DNA of 64,000 nucleotides from NCBI GenBank assembly GCA_025823825.1, contig GCA_025823825.1_4720.1. One strand, given 5' to 3'. The DNA is from a phage. Below the pieces are notes generated by a model. The model was not told the DNA's origin. It was given only the letters and a program-made list of their open reading frames with translations, and did not search any database. Both the position numbers and the translations under genes were made by a program. Of the stretch, positions 61,027 to 64,000 are shown piece by piece (the first letter of the stretch is position 1; each line of letters opens with the position of its first letter).

Positions 61027-63099
61027 ATGAGGCTTAAGAATAGCACGCCTCGCGCGATTTTTACGGGCTTTAAAGAGGGTCTTACCACGGATCCGGTTAC
61101 AGCCCCAGAGATCACGCCCATTCACCTCCCGTATGTTTTCATTCAGGGTGGTCGTGGTAAAGAGGACACCTTGCTGTTAACAGGGGACGCCCTGTCTACA
61201 GTCTACGGTGAAGATATGCTGAACTACCGCAGTAAGTACGCTTCTCCAGCAACACTGATTGCTCGCCAGGCTGCTTCTACAGGTAGCGCGATCTTCACAA
61301 AACGTTTGGTTGCGCCGGATGCAACGGCAGCACGCATCCGTATCGGTGTTGAAGTGGTCGCCGATAAACTGGTCGTTTACCAGCGTAACGCTGACGGGTC
61401 TTTCAAAAAGGACACCGACGGCAACAAAATCCCTGACGGCGATAAAACCGTTGACGGGTTGAAAATGCGTTGGGTTGTTAACCACGACAAAGATGCCGAA
61501 ACACCTAATGCTTTCGGTAAAGATGAAGTGGTTCTCGGACAACTGACTGCAACAGGTGGTGCCCAGAGCAACTACTATCCTATTCTGGATGGATTGGTGA
61601 GCTGGCGTGGTGCTGACGGGGACAACATCGGCTTACGTCTGGAAGCACCGACCGCGCTGAGCAGTAACCCTACCCGTACCGATATTATCGAACGCATCGG
61701 TGCTTTCCTGTACCGCATTCAGTTCGTGGAACGCAAGTCTTCACGTACTGCGCCGACGGTCATTCGTACGATCAGCGGTATGGAACAAGAAACCTTCGCG
61801 TTGCAGGAAGGTGTTATCCAGCCTGATGACGAAACCGATCTGTCCTTCGGTAAAGTGGTCGTTGATGCCTACGAGTATAATGAAACGGGTAACACCCCAA
61901 TCTTTGCTCCAATGGATCAGATGCATCTTTATCAGAAGAACATCGATGACGTCGTCAAGATGCTGTACGAATCTGAAAGCAAAGTTAACAACGATCTGTT
62001 AACCGACGTCGAATTCGTCGAAGGTCAGATGAACATCTTCACCGGTGTCGATTACAACGGCATTCCGTATCAAACCATCGAAGTTCTCGATGCGGATCAG
62101 GGCGGTGCTATCTTCGACGGTACCAGCACCTTCTACGCGATCGATGGTAGCGACGGCGACGTCAGCTGGGATACCTTCGATGCGTTAGCGAAGCAGCAGT
62201 TCGAATCGTTCGGCAACATGGGCGAAGATCTGGAAGACATGGCTTTCTATCCGTTCTCTATCGTGTATGACATTGGTTACAAAGTCGACACGAAGAAAGC
62301 GATGGCAAACGTCTTGTCTCTGCGTCCGGATGTCATGATCATTGCGTCAACCCATACCTGGAAGGGTGTGGAACTGAATGTCGATGAAGAAAGCTCCATG
62401 GGCGCGATGCTGCGTAACTACTACCGTCTGCATCCAGAAAGCGTGCTTTACAATACCCCAGCCTGTCGTGCTGCCGTATTCATGCAATACGGGGAGAGCA
62501 TCGAAGCGCCAAGCCTGGGTAAAGTTCCGTTGACGCTGGAAGTTGCTAATAAACTCGCAACTTACATGGGTGCTTCGGATGGTGTTATCCGTGGTACTCG
62601 CATCGATAACAACCCTGGTAACGTTGTCACAACGATGCGTAAAATCAACAAAACGTATCGTAACGCAACGGTCCGCGATCGTGATTGGGAAAACGGCTTG
62701 AACTATGTTCAGACCTACAACCGTAATTCCAACTTCTTCCCGGCTTGGGGCACGATCTACAATAACGACCGTTCGGTATGGCGTTCGTTGATCAACGTGA
62801 TCATCGGTTGCGATCTGACTCGCGTGTGCTATCGTCTCTGGGCAGAAACCACCGGTACTACAGGAATGGATGAAACCCTGTTCCTGAAACTGATGGGCGA
62901 ACGCTTCCTGGAATACACCACGGGCCGTTACAACGACCATGTGACTGTTAAGGGACGTTTCTACCTGGATAAAGAAGACGGTTATAACGGCTTCAGCTAT
63001 CACGGCGATATCAGCCTGATCGGCGATCCGGGCATGACCGTGGGTACGTTTACCATCACCGGGCTGCGTCGTAACACCGAAGCAGCAGAAGCGGCGTAA
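61027..63099 (+). CDS. candidate tail sheath protein
   Basis: 690 aa (close to the about 695 aa I recall for phiKZ sheath gp29), AAGGAGAG RBS, strongly biased codon usage, upstream of PhuZ in phiKZ-like order. Confidence 0.45.
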   Translation: MRLKNSTPRAIFTGFKEGLTTDPVTAPEITPIHLPYVFIQGGRGKEDTLLLTGDALSTVYGEDMLNYRSKYASPATLIARQAASTGSAIFTKRLVAPDATAARIRIGVEVVADKLVVYQRNADGSFKKDTDGNKIPDGDKTVDGLKMRWVVNHDKDAETPNAFGKDEVVLGQLTATGGAQSNYYPILDGLVSWRGADGDNIGLRLEAPTALSSNPTRTDIIERIGAFLYRIQFVERKSSRTAPTVIRTISGMEQETFALQEGVIQPDDETDLSFGKVVVDAYEYNETGNTPIFAPMDQMHLYQKNIDDVVKMLYESESKVNNDLLTDVEFVEGQMNIFTGVDYNGIPYQTIEVLDADQGGAIFDGTSTFYAIDGSDGDVSWDTFDALAKQQFESFGNMGEDLEDMAFYPFSIVYDIGYKVDTKKAMANVLSLRPDVMIIASTHTWKGVELNVDEESSMGAMLRNYYRLHPESVLYNTPACRAAVFMQYGESIEAPSLGKVPLTLEVANKLATYMGASDGVIRGTRIDNNPGNVVTTMRKINKTYRNATVRDRDWENGLNYVQTYNRNSNFFPAWGTIYNNDRSVWRSLINVIIGCDLTRVCYRLWAETTGTTGMDETLFLKLMGERFLEYTTGRYNDHVTVKGRFYLDKEDGYNGFSYHGDISLIGDPGMTVGTFTITGLRRNTEAAEAA

Positions 63100-63115
63100 T
63101 GAGAGGAGTCCATAA

Positions 63116-64000
63116 TGCGTCCTGATAATACCCTACTCGGTGAACAGGGTGTTGGTGCTCTTAGCAACGCGGCTATGGTCGATATTCGTGCAGGTGCCCA
63201 AAACGGGTACATCAGCAATATCGGTACGTACGTTGCTAACGCCAACTACATTCCGAACCAAATGTTCTGTCTCCTGCTGGAGGCACCGCGTGGTTTCAAC
63301 TATCTACCTAACCCGGATGTACAGATTGGTTATCTGAAGGCGCTGGTAGAAGAGGTTGCGCATTCGATTACCGGTCTGCAACGCGGATTGGAAGTTGAAT
63401 TCGTTAGCGTCCCGGTTTCTGGTTCCGGTGAAATCCAGGAAGAAGTTTCTGACGTTAAACGTCCTCGCTCTAACCCGACTTTCGGGATCTATGAGAAAGA
63501 AGGTCGTTCCGTTAGTTACTTCCTGGAACAATGGATCACGTATCTGTTGATGGATCCGGATGCCAAATACCCGATGTTGTCGTCTATCGTATCCACTGGT
63601 GGTCCAACCGACCTGCTGGCGGATTATCGTAGCGCAACGATGCTGTTCGTTGAGCCAGACCGTCAACACAAGAAAGTGGTTAACGCCTGGCTGTGCACGA
63701 ACATGATGCCTCACGGTACCGGTGACTGGACATCACGTCGTAACAAGAACGATGCGCCAAATGTGGTAGAATTGAGCATTCAGTTCACAGCGTTAACACA
63801 GACCAACTACGGTGTGCGTGCTTTTGCACAACGTCTGCTGGATAAGATGAACCTGCTCAAAGTGAACCCGGATTTCCGCCCGGCTTATCTGAGCGACATC
63901 GATCCGGCTGTGGCAGCGCAGAAGGTTGGCTATACCTTCGACTTTGATAACAACGATACCTTTGAGGTACCGAATACTTATCAAAACGTAACACCTCGCG
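63116..64000 (+). CDS. hypothetical virion-associated protein, 3' end truncated by window edge
   Basis: GAGAGGAG RBS and ATG at 63116 (MRPDNTLLGE); open frame to window end. Confidence 0.5.

Noticed and set aside
1-64000. CRISPR arrays, tRNA or rRNA genes, integrases or transposases
   Set aside because: No regularly spaced direct repeats, no cloverleaf-like sequence noticed in the intergenic gaps, and no recombinase motifs in any ORF; a tRNA scan by software was not possible here

Overview
This window reads as a densely packed, mostly minus-strand segment of a phiKZ-like nucleus-forming jumbo phage (Chimalliviridae-type); no rRNA, tRNA, CRISPR array or transposase was recognised. Family calls rest on motifs read by eye: a tubulin-like PhuZ (GGSGSV signature), pieces of a split multisubunit RNA polymerase (beta-prime N-terminal with CxC-x13-CxxC zinc finger, beta-prime C-terminal, beta C-terminal, possible beta N-terminal), a 631-aa chimallin candidate directly upstream of beta-prime-N, a large terminase with a T4-like RQxGK[ST] Walker A, two SF2 helicases, two metallophosphoesterases, a DUF285-repeat protein and a candidate tail sheath. 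The main finding is that the beta-prime-N gene appears interrupted by three tandem ORF-less group I introns (366, 376 and 355 nt) separated by two 13-nt micro-exons, placed within the catalytic YNADFDGD codons. Joining the four exons restores ...ILKG-YNADFDGDA-MNNHIVP..., every exon ends in U and every intron ends in G. Other observations: a 24-nt TATATTAC-containing promoter-like motif in three copies about 40-70 nt upstream of minus-strand genes (including the chimallin candidate), a family of CCCTCCC/GGGAGGG intergenic stem-loops, an A17 tract overlapping a stop codon, and a possible frameshifted gene pair. All coordinates and functions are unverified by any search or folding program.
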